From NCBI GenBank assembly GCA_045627325.1, contig JAZQNK010000068.1, positions 5,562 through 69,561 of the forward strand: DNA of 64,000 bases, in the 5' to 3' direction. This DNA comes from Treponemataceae bacterium. Lineage in GTDB: Bacteria; Spirochaetota; Spirochaetia; Treponematales; Treponemataceae. The translations under genes and the position numbers were made by a program. Position 1 is the first letter of the stretch. The number at the start of each line of letters is the position of its first letter. This document shows, one piece after another, positions 11,191-19,958 of the stretch. The notes below the pieces were generated by a model. It saw only the letters and a program-made list of their open reading frames with translations. It was not told the DNA's origin and searched no databases.

Positions 11191-11220
11191 TTGATTTTTA
11201 AAGATTCCCTGATGTAATAT
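11191..11220 (+). promoter_or_regulatory. Candidate sigma70-type promoter for the riboswitch leader
   Basis: TTGATT (11191-11196), an 18-nt spacer, then TAATAT (11215-11220). This sits about 12 nt upstream of the first aptamer nucleotide. Confidence 0.4.
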
Positions 11221-11231
11221 AGTTTAAGCAT

Positions 11232-11320
11232 AAAAGGGGAGTAGTTCCCGTGACGAAATCAACATACCCGTTCACCAGAACTGGTTTCGTCTTTCGGCAA
11301 AACCGAAAACAAGACCTTTT
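11232..11320 (+). promoter_or_regulatory. yybP-ykoY family (Mn2+-sensing) riboswitch aptamer
   Basis: The 5' block AAAAGGGGAGUAG and the 3' block ACAAGACCUUUU reproduce the conserved P1.1/L1 strands of the motif. For comparison, the L. lactis element has AAAGGGGAGUAG...CAAGACCUUU. Internal helices are GACGAAA/UUUCGUC and UUUCGG/CCGAAA. Confidence 0.7.
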
Positions 11321-11372
11321 ATCTGAAGATATGTGCATAAAAATGCCTTTTCAGATAAAAGGTCTTTTTATG
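11311..11372 (+). terminator. Riboswitch expression-platform terminator
   Basis: A 17-bp perfect stem, AAGACCTTTTATCTGAA (11311-11327) / TTCAGATAAAAGGTCTT (11350-11366), followed by TTTTTAT. The 5' arm contains the CCUUUU 3' strand of aptamer helix P1, so the two structures are mutually exclusive. Confidence 0.75.
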
Positions 11373-11418
11373 CAACTCTAAACTTTTTGAAAATCTATTT
11401 TTCAAGCAAGGAGTCACT

Positions 11419-12765
11419 ATGGAAATAAAATGGTTTATTCTGGCACTGGCAGTTCTTATGTATCTGCTCGTAATCTGTTTTCAAGACAAGAAAGTCTGGT
11501 TTACTTCGTTTGCAGCATTTATTATTTTTGCAGTTTCGCTTGTTTTGCCGGGCAAAATTTTTTATCTGGAAGGCGCTGTTTGGGAAGCACCCGTTTTATA
11601 TACGATACATCATGTTCTGTTTGAACTGATAAACTGGAATGTTCTGATGATTTATGTTGGCAGCATGACAATTGCAGCTTTGTTTATTTATTCAAAAGTG
11701 CCGGCACGAATTGCTGACAAAATTACAGAACTTTCGCCAAGCACAGGAATTGCCATTGTTTTGATTCTTGCCATGACAGGTATTATTTCTATTTTTGTTG
11801 AAAACGTTGCAACCGTTCTGGTTATGGCACCAATTGCTCTTGCCATGTGCAAGAAATTAAAACTTAATCCTACATATTTCATGATTGGCCTTGCCGTAAT
11901 GTCAAACCTTGAAGGAACAGCAACTCTTGTCGGAGACCCGCCTTCAATGATTTTTGCTTCTTATGCAAATTATTCATTCAACGACTTTTTTGTTCACCAA
12001 GGACATCTTTCAATATTTTTCATAATTCAGGCTGGAATGATTGCCGGCTGTCTTTTCTTTTATGCATTTTTTGCAAAAGCAAAAGACAAGGCTGAAATCG
12101 AAAAAACAGTACCGGTTTCATACGTGCCGGCAATACTTTTGGTTTCGATGATCTTTGGACTTGCTCTTATTTCTTTTTTGCCGGAAAAAATTACAGCTTC
12201 GTTCAGCTGTCTTTCGGGCGGTTTTGTAATGGTTTTGGGAATAATCGGCGTGCTCTGGTATAGACTGTCTCAAAAAAAGACCGGCTCTGAAACAGCAAAA
12301 ATGATAAAAGAACTTGACTGGGAAACAATATTTTTTCTTATAGGCATATTCGTTGTTGTTGGGGCGATAAGTGAAACAGGACTTCTCGGCGACTTTGCCA
12401 ATTTCCTTTCAACAGTCTGTGCCGGCAATGTCTTCTTAGGCTTCCTGCTTATTCTGACCGTTTCAGTATTAATTTCGGGTTTTGTTGATAATGTTCCATA
12501 TATCATTGTAATGCTGCCAGTTGCAGGCTCTCTTGCACAGAATATGGGCATTGCAAAAGAACTTTATATGTTTGCACTGCTTGTCGGTTCATGCCTTGGC
12601 GGAAATCTTACGCCATATGGAGCAAGCGCAAATGTTGTAACAATGGGCATCTTGAAAAAAGAAGGTCATCCGATTAGTTTTGGCAAATGGCTCAAAATCG
12701 GCGGTTCATTTACTGTCATTACAACAGCAGTTGCATCGCTTGTCCTCTGGCTTTTGTGGGCTTAG
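11419..12765 (+). CDS. ArsB/NhaD-superfamily (SLC13-like) ion permease
   Basis: A 448-aa polytopic protein with a GGAG SD upstream. Family-like segments: EGTATLVGDPPSMIFAS, ELDWETIFFLIGIFVVVGAISETGLL, GGNLTPYGASANVV. Confidence 0.75.
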   Translation: MEIKWFILALAVLMYLLVICFQDKKVWFTSFAAFIIFAVSLVLPGKIFYLEGAVWEAPVLYTIHHVLFELINWNVLMIYVGSMTIAALFIYSKVPARIADKITELSPSTGIAIVLILAMTGIISIFVENVATVLVMAPIALAMCKKLKLNPTYFMIGLAVMSNLEGTATLVGDPPSMIFASYANYSFNDFFVHQGHLSIFFIIQAGMIAGCLFFYAFFAKAKDKAEIEKTVPVSYVPAILLVSMIFGLALISFLPEKITASFSCLSGGFVMVLGIIGVLWYRLSQKKTGSETAKMIKELDWETIFFLIGIFVVVGAISETGLLGDFANFLSTVCAGNVFLGFLLILTVSVLISGFVDNVPYIIVMLPVAGSLAQNMGIAKELYMFALLVGSCLGGNLTPYGASANVVTMGILKKEGHPISFGKWLKIGGSFTVITTAVASLVLWLLWA

Positions 12766-12835
12766 ACAACAAGCAGCCATAATGCAAAGCGTCCTATTCT
12801 TCTAAAAAAACAGATATTGACTTTCTGCATAAACA

Positions 12836-12870
12836 AAAACGGCATTCACTTTTTGTGAATGCCGTTTTTC
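12836..12870. terminator. Bidirectional intrinsic terminator
   Basis: An 11-bp stem, ACGGCATTCAC (12839-12849) / GTGAATGCCGT (12855-12865), flanked by an A-run and a T-run. Confidence 0.75.
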
Positions 12871-12970
12871 ATATAATCCAGTTTAATCCGCCTGGCTGCA
12901 TTTTAACCTGCATGTTTCGCACAGACAGTAAAACATAAAATGCTTTGCACAATTCAATTACAATGCCTTT

Positions 12971-14335
12971 TTAAACTCCCTGGTTAACACGGGTTGGAAC
13001 CTGGCTTATTGTACTTAAAAATTTATTAAGGTCAGTGCGTTCTATCAAATCAATCGGACGACCGTCAATAAAGCGGCGAGATTCTTCACTGAATGTTCCA
13101 GCCGAAAAGCAAATACCTCTGCCTGCTTTTGCATCACGGATTTTTTCATGAAAATCTCGTATGTAAAGCTCACCAACAGTGCTTGTAGTGCGGTAAAAAC
13201 GGAATAAAACAATGTCTGTCCACTGCTGTGTTTCAATCTCTGCAAGAATTTCAGTACAGTCATTCGATGAAGTAATATCTAGAATGCGCGAAAGCGATTT
13301 TGAAAAATAGCATGATACAATCTGTTTGCAGAGCAGTACAAAGTCGCTGTTATTTGCAATAAGATAAACCTGCAGATTGTGGTTCTGGTTTAATTCCTGA
13401 TATTGAGCAATAAGTGAAACAGTGTCTTTGTAAGTTGGAATAAGTTCCTGAACCTGCTTGAACATAGCCAATGCATCGCTGATATTCAGCATTTTAAGAT
13501 AAACATGACCCATTCTATAGCGCATTTCTGCAGCAATATCATTTGGAACATCTTCGTGCTTAAGACCGATTTCAAAATCCTGTAATGCTTTTTCTAAAGA
13601 ATTTGTGTTTGCATGCAAAATGCCGGCCTGAAGACATGAACGTGCTCCATAAACAGGATCTGGACGAAGATGCATGAATATTTTTAAAGAACGTTCGATT
13701 GCATTTGTTTCTGCAAAAGCTTCTGCCAGAGAAAAAAGTACTTCTTTATCTTCAGGATCGTTATCAATTGACTGCTTCAAATATGCAAGCGATTCCTTGT
13801 ACTTCCGGCTTTTTGCAAGCGACAGTCCAAGAAAACGATAAACTTCCATATTTGAAGGAAAAATGACAAGTGTACGTTTAAATAATGGAGATGCTTTTTC
13901 GTAGTCGCCATTCAGATAAAACGCCTGTCCAAGATAATAATTTACTTCTGAATTATTTGGATTAAGCTTGCGTGCTGTCAGCAGTCCTTTAAAAGCATCT
14001 GACGGATTTCCTAATTTTATTGCACAGATGCCCTGCCGTAAACCAGTTGTTTCAACATCAATATCAAGATGAGCAGACGAAATATCAATCATTAAATTAT
14101 AAAGATTGAAAGCTTTATCCCATGCAAGTTCACTAAAATGCAAATCCGCAAGCATTTTCAATGCCTGTGGATTATGCGGATCCTGTGCGAGCTTACGGTT
14201 TGCTTCCCTTAAAATTGACTGTCTGTCTCTTTTTTTATCAACCGGTTGAGTTTTCTTTTGTTCAGATAAAAAAGTCGTTATCAGCAAAAAAGACAGACCA
14301 ATAACGATAATTGAAATAATTACAGGGAAAATCAT
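12971..14335 (-). CDS. Membrane-anchored TPR-repeat protein with a C-terminal restriction-endonuclease-like (Mrr_cat-like, probably inactive) domain
   Basis: N-terminal TM MIFPVIISIIVIGLSFLLITTFL, then multiple TPR-like repeats. The C-terminus ...GELYIRDFHEKIRDAKAGRGICFSAGTFSEESRRFIDGRPIDLIERTDLNKFL resembles the Mrr_cat core. I chose the start at 14335. The ORF track extends to 14401. Confidence 0.6.
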   Translation of the reverse strand: MIFPVIISIIVIGLSFLLITTFLSEQKKTQPVDKKRDRQSILREANRKLAQDPHNPQALKMLADLHFSELAWDKAFNLYNLMIDISSAHLDIDVETTGLRQGICAIKLGNPSDAFKGLLTARKLNPNNSEVNYYLGQAFYLNGDYEKASPLFKRTLVIFPSNMEVYRFLGLSLAKSRKYKESLAYLKQSIDNDPEDKEVLFSLAEAFAETNAIERSLKIFMHLRPDPVYGARSCLQAGILHANTNSLEKALQDFEIGLKHEDVPNDIAAEMRYRMGHVYLKMLNISDALAMFKQVQELIPTYKDTVSLIAQYQELNQNHNLQVYLIANNSDFVLLCKQIVSCYFSKSLSRILDITSSNDCTEILAEIETQQWTDIVLFRFYRTTSTVGELYIRDFHEKIRDAKAGRGICFSAGTFSEESRRFIDGRPIDLIERTDLNKFLSTISQVPTRVNQGV

Positions 14336-14421
14336 ACTCTTTATTATGCTGTTACAATCACAACCTGTCAAGAAACTGCGTTGACAAGAAAGACATAGCA
14401 TAATACGATATAGTATATATT

Positions 14422-15675
14422 ATGAGCAAAAATATCATAGGTTTGAAACAAGCCGACGGAACTTTTTATCCGATACTCACAAGGGGCAAGCCCGCAAAAA
14501 AACGTCTGCAGATTACAACTGCCAGTGACAATCAGACAGCAGCACAAATAACACTTTTCTGTGCTTCAGACGAAAGTTTTTCTGACGCAGAATATGTTGA
14601 CACGCTCATGATAGAAGGCTTAAAGCCGCATGAAAAGCGTTCTGTAGATTTGGATTTCATTATTACACTTGATGAGAACGATGAACTTTCTGCACAAGTT
14701 TATGACCAGGAAAGCGGCGGTTCAACAAACAGTGCCGTTTCTCTTGTTACAATCGGTACAAACAGCAGCAATGCAGAAGAAACTATGGATATTGCTGAAG
14801 ATCCGGTTGGTTTCAGCTCTGAACAGCCCGATTTAAGCGATGACATTTTCAGTCTGTCAGATTTAGATGATTTTCAGCCGGAACCGGAAAACAGCACGGA
14901 TGAAACGCCTGTAACTGCAACAGAAAATCTTTCTGATGAAGATTTGAATTTTGACATTGACGACCCGTCTTTATTTGCAGCGACAGGCGTTGATGACGAT
15001 GCATTTGCTGACGATTCTTTTGCTGACGAAACCTATGAAGAAATTGCAGAAACAACAGAAGCCGAACCACAAGACAGCATGTTTGCTGATGATGACAATA
15101 TGTTTGACGAACCTGCATCACAGGAAGACGCAGAAGTTCCAGATCTCTTTGGAGAACCGGCACCGTCCGGAGGATTTGCAGATTTTGACTTTCTTGATCC
15201 TAATGCCGGAAAAGCAAAACTGCCGCTTGTTCCGATTATCTGCATAATCTGTGCACTCATTTCGGTTCTTTCATGTCTGGGCATCTGGCTGTGGTTTTCA
15301 AAGAACAAACAGCAGCAAATGCCTCTTGTCGTTGAAAAAGCACCGGCTGTCAAATATCAGTCTGTTACAGTCGTTACAGAAAAAGCAGAACCTGTTGATG
15401 CTGCACTAATTGACAGAATAAATTCTTCAACAACTGCAAAAGAAGATTCAATCATCATTATTGATGCACCCGTTGTTGTGCCGACAGTAACTTCAAAAAC
15501 AGCTTCTGTAAAGGACACAAAAGACTATCAGATAAAATGGGGCGATACGCTTTGGGATATTGCAGATACATTCTACAAAAATCCATGGATGTATGAAAAA
15601 ATTGCACGCGCAAATAACATCAAGAACCCTGATTTTATTCTTTCGGGAACATGGATAAAGATTCCACCGCTGTGA
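14422..15675 (+). CDS. LysM peptidoglycan-binding protein with an N-terminal Hsp70 substrate-binding-domain-like module, an acidic disordered linker and a single TM
   Basis: The N-terminus IIGLKQADGTFYPIL...TTASDNQTAAQITL...IEGLKPHEKRSVDLDFIITLDENDELSAQVYDQESG parallels the DnaK SBD-beta. Then a D/E-rich tract, the TM LPLVPIICIICALISVLSCLGIWLWF, and a C-terminal LysM YQIKWGDTLWDIADTFY...IKNPDFILSGTWIKIP. Confidence 0.7.
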   Translation: MSKNIIGLKQADGTFYPILTRGKPAKKRLQITTASDNQTAAQITLFCASDESFSDAEYVDTLMIEGLKPHEKRSVDLDFIITLDENDELSAQVYDQESGGSTNSAVSLVTIGTNSSNAEETMDIAEDPVGFSSEQPDLSDDIFSLSDLDDFQPEPENSTDETPVTATENLSDEDLNFDIDDPSLFAATGVDDDAFADDSFADETYEEIAETTEAEPQDSMFADDDNMFDEPASQEDAEVPDLFGEPAPSGGFADFDFLDPNAGKAKLPLVPIICIICALISVLSCLGIWLWFSKNKQQQMPLVVEKAPAVKYQSVTVVTEKAEPVDAALIDRINSSTTAKEDSIIIIDAPVVVPTVTSKTASVKDTKDYQIKWGDTLWDIADTFYKNPWMYEKIARANNIKNPDFILSGTWIKIPPL

Positions 15676-15680
15676 TTTTG

Positions 15681-17957
15681 ATGCGCTCATTTTGTTTTGC
15701 TTTTGCAGTTTTTGTATCGCTTTTTGCATGCATTTCCTGCAAAGCACAAAACTCAACTGAAAACCAGGCAGAACTGCTGCGAATTCTCAATGACAGCGAC
15801 TATGATGCTTTAAAAGAACTGGCAGCAAAACCACTGGAACTTGCCTCTACAATTGAAAATGACTCCTGTTATTTTACAGCGCTTCATCTTCTAAAAGCAG
15901 GTGAAACTGAAAAAGCAATAGAACTTTTAAAATATGGCAGGCTTTATGCTTCATGGCAGATTGCACAGGAATGTGCAAGAAAGCTATGCACAATCGGCTC
16001 AAGCCAGGAAAAAGAAGCAGCTGCAAAATATTTTGCAGAAACTTATACAGAAGAACGTGACTGTGACTATTATCTTTTAAATGAATTCTGCAGCCAGAAA
16101 GAATATAAAAAAGCCTTAAAAGCAAGTCCACTGCCAGTCCTTTCTGAATTTGCCACACCGCAAATTGAAAAAAATGCCAAAACAGAATCGCAAAAACGAC
16201 GCATAAAACTGAACCTTGAAGCTCAAAACAAAAGAACAAAATTGCAGCTTTTATGTCTGTTAAAAACAAATAATTCAAAATTCACAGAATATTTTGACAT
16301 ATGGGTTAACAACTGGGAAATTTCACCGGAACATGTAGATTTTCTTAATATATGGGAACAGCTGACACAAGAAGAAAAAGATTCTGTACAGATTGTAAAC
16401 GGACAGAATCCAGCAGCAATTATTGAACTTTTGCAATTCCGTGTTGCTGTGTACGAAAGAAAGTATAAAAAAGCGCTTCAGCTTCTTGAAAAACTGCCGC
16501 TTTCTCCTGAAAACTTTACAAGTCCTGTTTTTTCAGATTTTGGACGTGCCATGCTTTATGGCGGTGTTTCTGCAAAAGACGGTGTTTCAACATTCAGAAC
16601 AATTGCAGAAAAAACAGCTGACTCTGAACTGAAATTTCTTGCATGGTTTTACAGTGCACAATTTTCTGTAAACGAAAAAAATTACGATGCAGCACTGAAT
16701 GCGTTCATTTTGTCAATGAATTCTGCAACATCTGCTGCAAAATACGACAATGCACTCTGGTATTATCTGAAAACAGCAAAAACAGTTTCGCTTGAAACAG
16801 CAAAAGCAGCTGTAAAAACATATGCCTCTACCTGGCAGGATCCTGAATATTTCGAAGATTTTCTCAGGGACTTTGCCGCAGATTTACTGCAGGGACGTTA
16901 CTGGAACGATTTTGTTGAAGTCTACACCTATATAAAGTCTTATGCAGATGCAAGTTCACAGGCTCAATATGCTTACATAAGCGGCCGCCTGATTGAAGAA
17001 ACAATGGCAAAAAATCCTTTTCAAGGTTTAAGCAGGCTGCAGGCTGCACAAAGCTGCTATGAACAGGCTTACAAAGGAAACCATACCGCACTTTATTACA
17101 GGTTTCTTGCAGCAGAGCAGCTTGGAATTCCAATAGAAGAAAATATCGAAACGAACAGCATGAAACCTCAGAAAAGTGATGCCGATTTGGAATCGCTTGT
17201 TTTGGGCTATGCTGAACACGCGCTTTTTGACGAAGCATATAAAACATACATAGCCCAATATCAGAACATTAGCCTTGAATGCGCAGAAAAACTGTCAAAA
17301 ATATTCAGCCATGCAGCAGAAAAAGACTGTACAATGCATTACAACGCACTAAACATAATAAGCTATGCTGTAAGGCGCACAGATTCGCCATTAACAAAAG
17401 AAACACTTTATCTGCTCTATCCGCGCCCTTATCTGGCAGAAGTAAAAAATGCAGCAGAAACTTTTGCAGTAAACGAAGACGTGCTTTTCGGACTTATACG
17501 TACAGAAAGCTATTTTGACAAAACAATTGCTTCAAGGGCAGGCGCTACAGGTCTTGCACAGTTAATGGACAGCACAGCAAGCGACATTGCAAAAAAACTG
17601 AAAATTAAAGAGTACGATTTAAAAGACGCACAGACAAACGTCAATTTTGGTGCATATTATCTTAATAATCTTACAGAAAGACTGAATAATTCAATTATTA
17701 TGGCACTTTTTGCATATAACGGCGGTCCAACCCGTGTACGCCGATGGCAGCGTGCAGCTTCGGACCTTCCCATTGATTTGTTTCTGGAAACAGTGCCATT
17801 TTTAGAAACAAGAGATTATGGCCGCAAAGTTCTTTCTGCTGCCGCCTTTTACGGTTATCTTTATTATAACAAGACAGTTCATCAGGTTGTGCAGGAAATT
17901 ATGGGTTCACAGCCAGTCTTAGAAGGAAGTGAACTGACCGAAAACCAGCATAAATAA
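15681..17957 (+). CDS. Soluble lytic murein transglycosylase (Slt70-like) lipoprotein
   Basis: Signal/lipobox MRSFCFAFAVFVSLFACISC. Superhelical N-terminal region. SLT catalytic domain TESYFDKTIASRAGATGLAQLM ... AYNGGPTRV. The start at 15681 lies just after the LysM gene stop. The ORF track begins at 15651. Confidence 0.85.
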   Translation: MRSFCFAFAVFVSLFACISCKAQNSTENQAELLRILNDSDYDALKELAAKPLELASTIENDSCYFTALHLLKAGETEKAIELLKYGRLYASWQIAQECARKLCTIGSSQEKEAAAKYFAETYTEERDCDYYLLNEFCSQKEYKKALKASPLPVLSEFATPQIEKNAKTESQKRRIKLNLEAQNKRTKLQLLCLLKTNNSKFTEYFDIWVNNWEISPEHVDFLNIWEQLTQEEKDSVQIVNGQNPAAIIELLQFRVAVYERKYKKALQLLEKLPLSPENFTSPVFSDFGRAMLYGGVSAKDGVSTFRTIAEKTADSELKFLAWFYSAQFSVNEKNYDAALNAFILSMNSATSAAKYDNALWYYLKTAKTVSLETAKAAVKTYASTWQDPEYFEDFLRDFAADLLQGRYWNDFVEVYTYIKSYADASSQAQYAYISGRLIEETMAKNPFQGLSRLQAAQSCYEQAYKGNHTALYYRFLAAEQLGIPIEENIETNSMKPQKSDADLESLVLGYAEHALFDEAYKTYIAQYQNISLECAEKLSKIFSHAAEKDCTMHYNALNIISYAVRRTDSPLTKETLYLLYPRPYLAEVKNAAETFAVNEDVLFGLIRTESYFDKTIASRAGATGLAQLMDSTASDIAKKLKIKEYDLKDAQTNVNFGAYYLNNLTERLNNSIIMALFAYNGGPTRVRRWQRAASDLPIDLFLETVPFLETRDYGRKVLSAAAFYGYLYYNKTVHQVVQEIMGSQPVLEGSELTENQHK

Positions 17958-18006
17958 GCAAAAGTGGAAAATATATGCGAACATTGTTTTTGAAAAGCCG
18001 CTGTGC

Positions 18007-18053
18007 AAAAAACGGAACAATCTTTGCAATAAGTAAAAATCATTCCGTTTTTT
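18007..18053. terminator. Hairpin/terminator between the slt-like gene (+) and the xylanase gene (-)
   Basis: AACGGAA (18011-18017) / TTCCGTT (18043-18049), flanked by an A-run and a T-run. The stem is short and the loop long, so this is a weak call. It shares an 18-nt block with the hairpin at 19740. Confidence 0.45.
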
Positions 18054-18066
18054 CAAAAACAAAATG

Positions 18067-19461
18067 CTAATTATGTGCCTCTATAACAGCATCGAATGAA
18101 TCGTTTGTAAAATACTTGTCCGCTTTTTTTGTAAATAAAAGTGGATAAGTCGTTTTTCCATTTGAAGGATTAATCCAGGAATTTTCGTTGGCGAGCCCCC
18201 AGATTGTAACGCAAGTAATTTTATTTGAACCGGCATAAGATTTGCCATATTTCTGCATTACCTTAAAATAATCTGCATAAGCTTTTGCTGCAGCTGATTG
18301 AGTTGCAGCAGAAAAATCAAGTTCCGTTACATGAATATCTAAACCCATTGCAAGAAACCGTTTGACAGCCGTTTCGTAGGCTGCAGCCCCTGGATAAGAT
18401 GTGCCGACATGAGACTGCATTCCCATAACATCAATTCTTGGCTTTACAGATTTTCCGTTTACAGTTTTTGCTTCTCCATTCTGAATCAACGAAATAAGAC
18501 TGCAAATAGCATCCGTTTTTGCACTTACATATTCATTGTAATCGTTGTAACAAAGAAGCACATCCTCAGGAGCATAAGCATTTGCAAAACGAAAAGCATT
18601 CAAAATAAATTCTTCACTTTCATAAATTTGGTACCAGCGCGAACCTTGCGGATATACATCAGAAGATTTGTTTTTTGTAGCTACTGTAGCTCCACGAAGC
18701 CAGTCTTTTTTTGTTACATCGTCAGCACAAGCTTCATTTACAACGTCCCATGCCCAGATAATGTGGTTCCCTTCACCATAACCATTTGCTTTTTCCCATT
18801 TGGCAACACATTCAAGCACAGTTTTAACGTACCATTCATGACGGGCCGTCATTGTTTCTTTATCAACAGGATTTTTAAGCACGCCATTTGATTCTACAGC
18901 TTTATAACCAACAGCAAAAAAATCATCTGGAGTCTGCGAATGCCATGTAAGAACATGCCCACGCATCTTTATGCCCATTTCTTTGCAGGAATTTAAAACT
19001 GCATAAATAAGATTTTCATTATTGAGTTTTGACGGCACTTTGATTGTCAAACCATTGGAAGCTTTAAAATCAACCATCTGCTGTTTTGCACCGTCTCCCC
19101 TGTTCCACCATGCAAGCAAAAACTGTGGCTTTAATTCATTTCCAGTTGTCAATGTGTTCACATGCTTTTTTATTCCTTCACGAATTTCTGGAAAATAAAT
19201 TTCCTTTGGTTCGCCCCAGTTTTTATCATGTTCATAAGAAGCAGTGTATTTGTCAGCACCAAGCCGACGAAGACCGAAATTTCCATATTCTGCACAAAGA
19301 CCGACATAATCAAACTGGTCTTTGTAAGTTTCATAAAAAGACGGGACTGAATCATCTGTCCATTCTGCACCACTGCCTTTTGCAGGTTTTGCCCATAAAC
19401 TTAAAGCTGTCAAAAATAAAGCAGGTACAATTAACAGCGTCCTTTTAAAAATCTTATGCAT
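18067..19461 (-). CDS. Glycoside hydrolase family 10 endo-1,4-beta-xylanase (secreted)
   Basis: Signal peptide MHKIFKRTLLIVPALFLTALSLWA. GH10 signatures GHVLTWHSQTP, WDVVNEA (acid/base Glu) and HVTELD (nucleophile Glu). I chose the ATG at 19461 because GAGG lies upstream. The ORF track starts at a TTG at 19467. Confidence 0.85.
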   Translation of the reverse strand: MHKIFKRTLLIVPALFLTALSLWAKPAKGSGAEWTDDSVPSFYETYKDQFDYVGLCAEYGNFGLRRLGADKYTASYEHDKNWGEPKEIYFPEIREGIKKHVNTLTTGNELKPQFLLAWWNRGDGAKQQMVDFKASNGLTIKVPSKLNNENLIYAVLNSCKEMGIKMRGHVLTWHSQTPDDFFAVGYKAVESNGVLKNPVDKETMTARHEWYVKTVLECVAKWEKANGYGEGNHIIWAWDVVNEACADDVTKKDWLRGATVATKNKSSDVYPQGSRWYQIYESEEFILNAFRFANAYAPEDVLLCYNDYNEYVSAKTDAICSLISLIQNGEAKTVNGKSVKPRIDVMGMQSHVGTSYPGAAAYETAVKRFLAMGLDIHVTELDFSAATQSAAAKAYADYFKVMQKYGKSYAGSNKITCVTIWGLANENSWINPSNGKTTYPLLFTKKADKYFTNDSFDAVIEAHN

Positions 19462-19734
19462 AATCAACCTCTAAAATTAGTTTTTCTCTAAATTTGAACA
19501 AAGTCAGAAAAAGTGTTTATAGAATCAAGCTTATTACCAAACTGAACCGGCGTCAATTTTTTATGCTTAAGAGATTGTACCAAAAGATTATACAAATTCA
19601 ATAATTACGCAACACACACAACGCTTTAAAGCAGAACAACAAAAACCTAAACCTGCATAAAATACGCCGAGGCAAGGCATGCTCCGCTCAAGATTGTGAC
19701 TCCACCGTTTTTATTTAGAATTTGCATAAAACCC

Positions 19735-19781
19735 TAAATAAAAACGGAACAATCTTTATTACAAAACAAAGATTATTCCGT
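19735..19781 (-). terminator. Intrinsic terminator after uppP
   Basis: A 14-bp stem, ACGGAACAATCTTT (19744-19757) / AAAGATTATTCCGT (19768-19781). The single mismatch becomes a G-U pair in minus-strand RNA. It is followed on the minus strand by TTTTATTTA. Confidence 0.65.
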
Positions 19782-19958
19782 TTATAAAAACTAAAGAAAA
19801 ATTAAAAAATGCAATATTACAAACCGGTTAATTTCATCAGTTCATAAAATCTTAAAATAACGTAACAGTCTTCGCAAAAAAGGCAGACAAAACCCGACAC
19901 AGAATATTCGGGGCAAGTTGAACTTTCCGCTCAAATAAAAAGACTGCTTTAATAAACG

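Noticed and set aside
11261-11270. CAACAUAC in the riboswitch, initially taken as matching the UUGACAUAC of the L. lactis Mn2+ riboswitch.
   Set aside because: In the L. lactis element that sequence is part of a variable hairpin (CAUAC-GAAA-GUAUG), not a conserved block. The riboswitch call therefore rests on the GGGGAGUAG and CAAGACC blocks and on the P1/terminator overlap.
14849-15353. Three overlapping alternative-frame ORFs (98-106 aa) within the LysM protein gene.
   Set aside because: They are generated by the repetitive GA/GAT-rich DNA that encodes the acidic linker. The sense frame has clear N- and C-terminal domains, and the alternatives have none.
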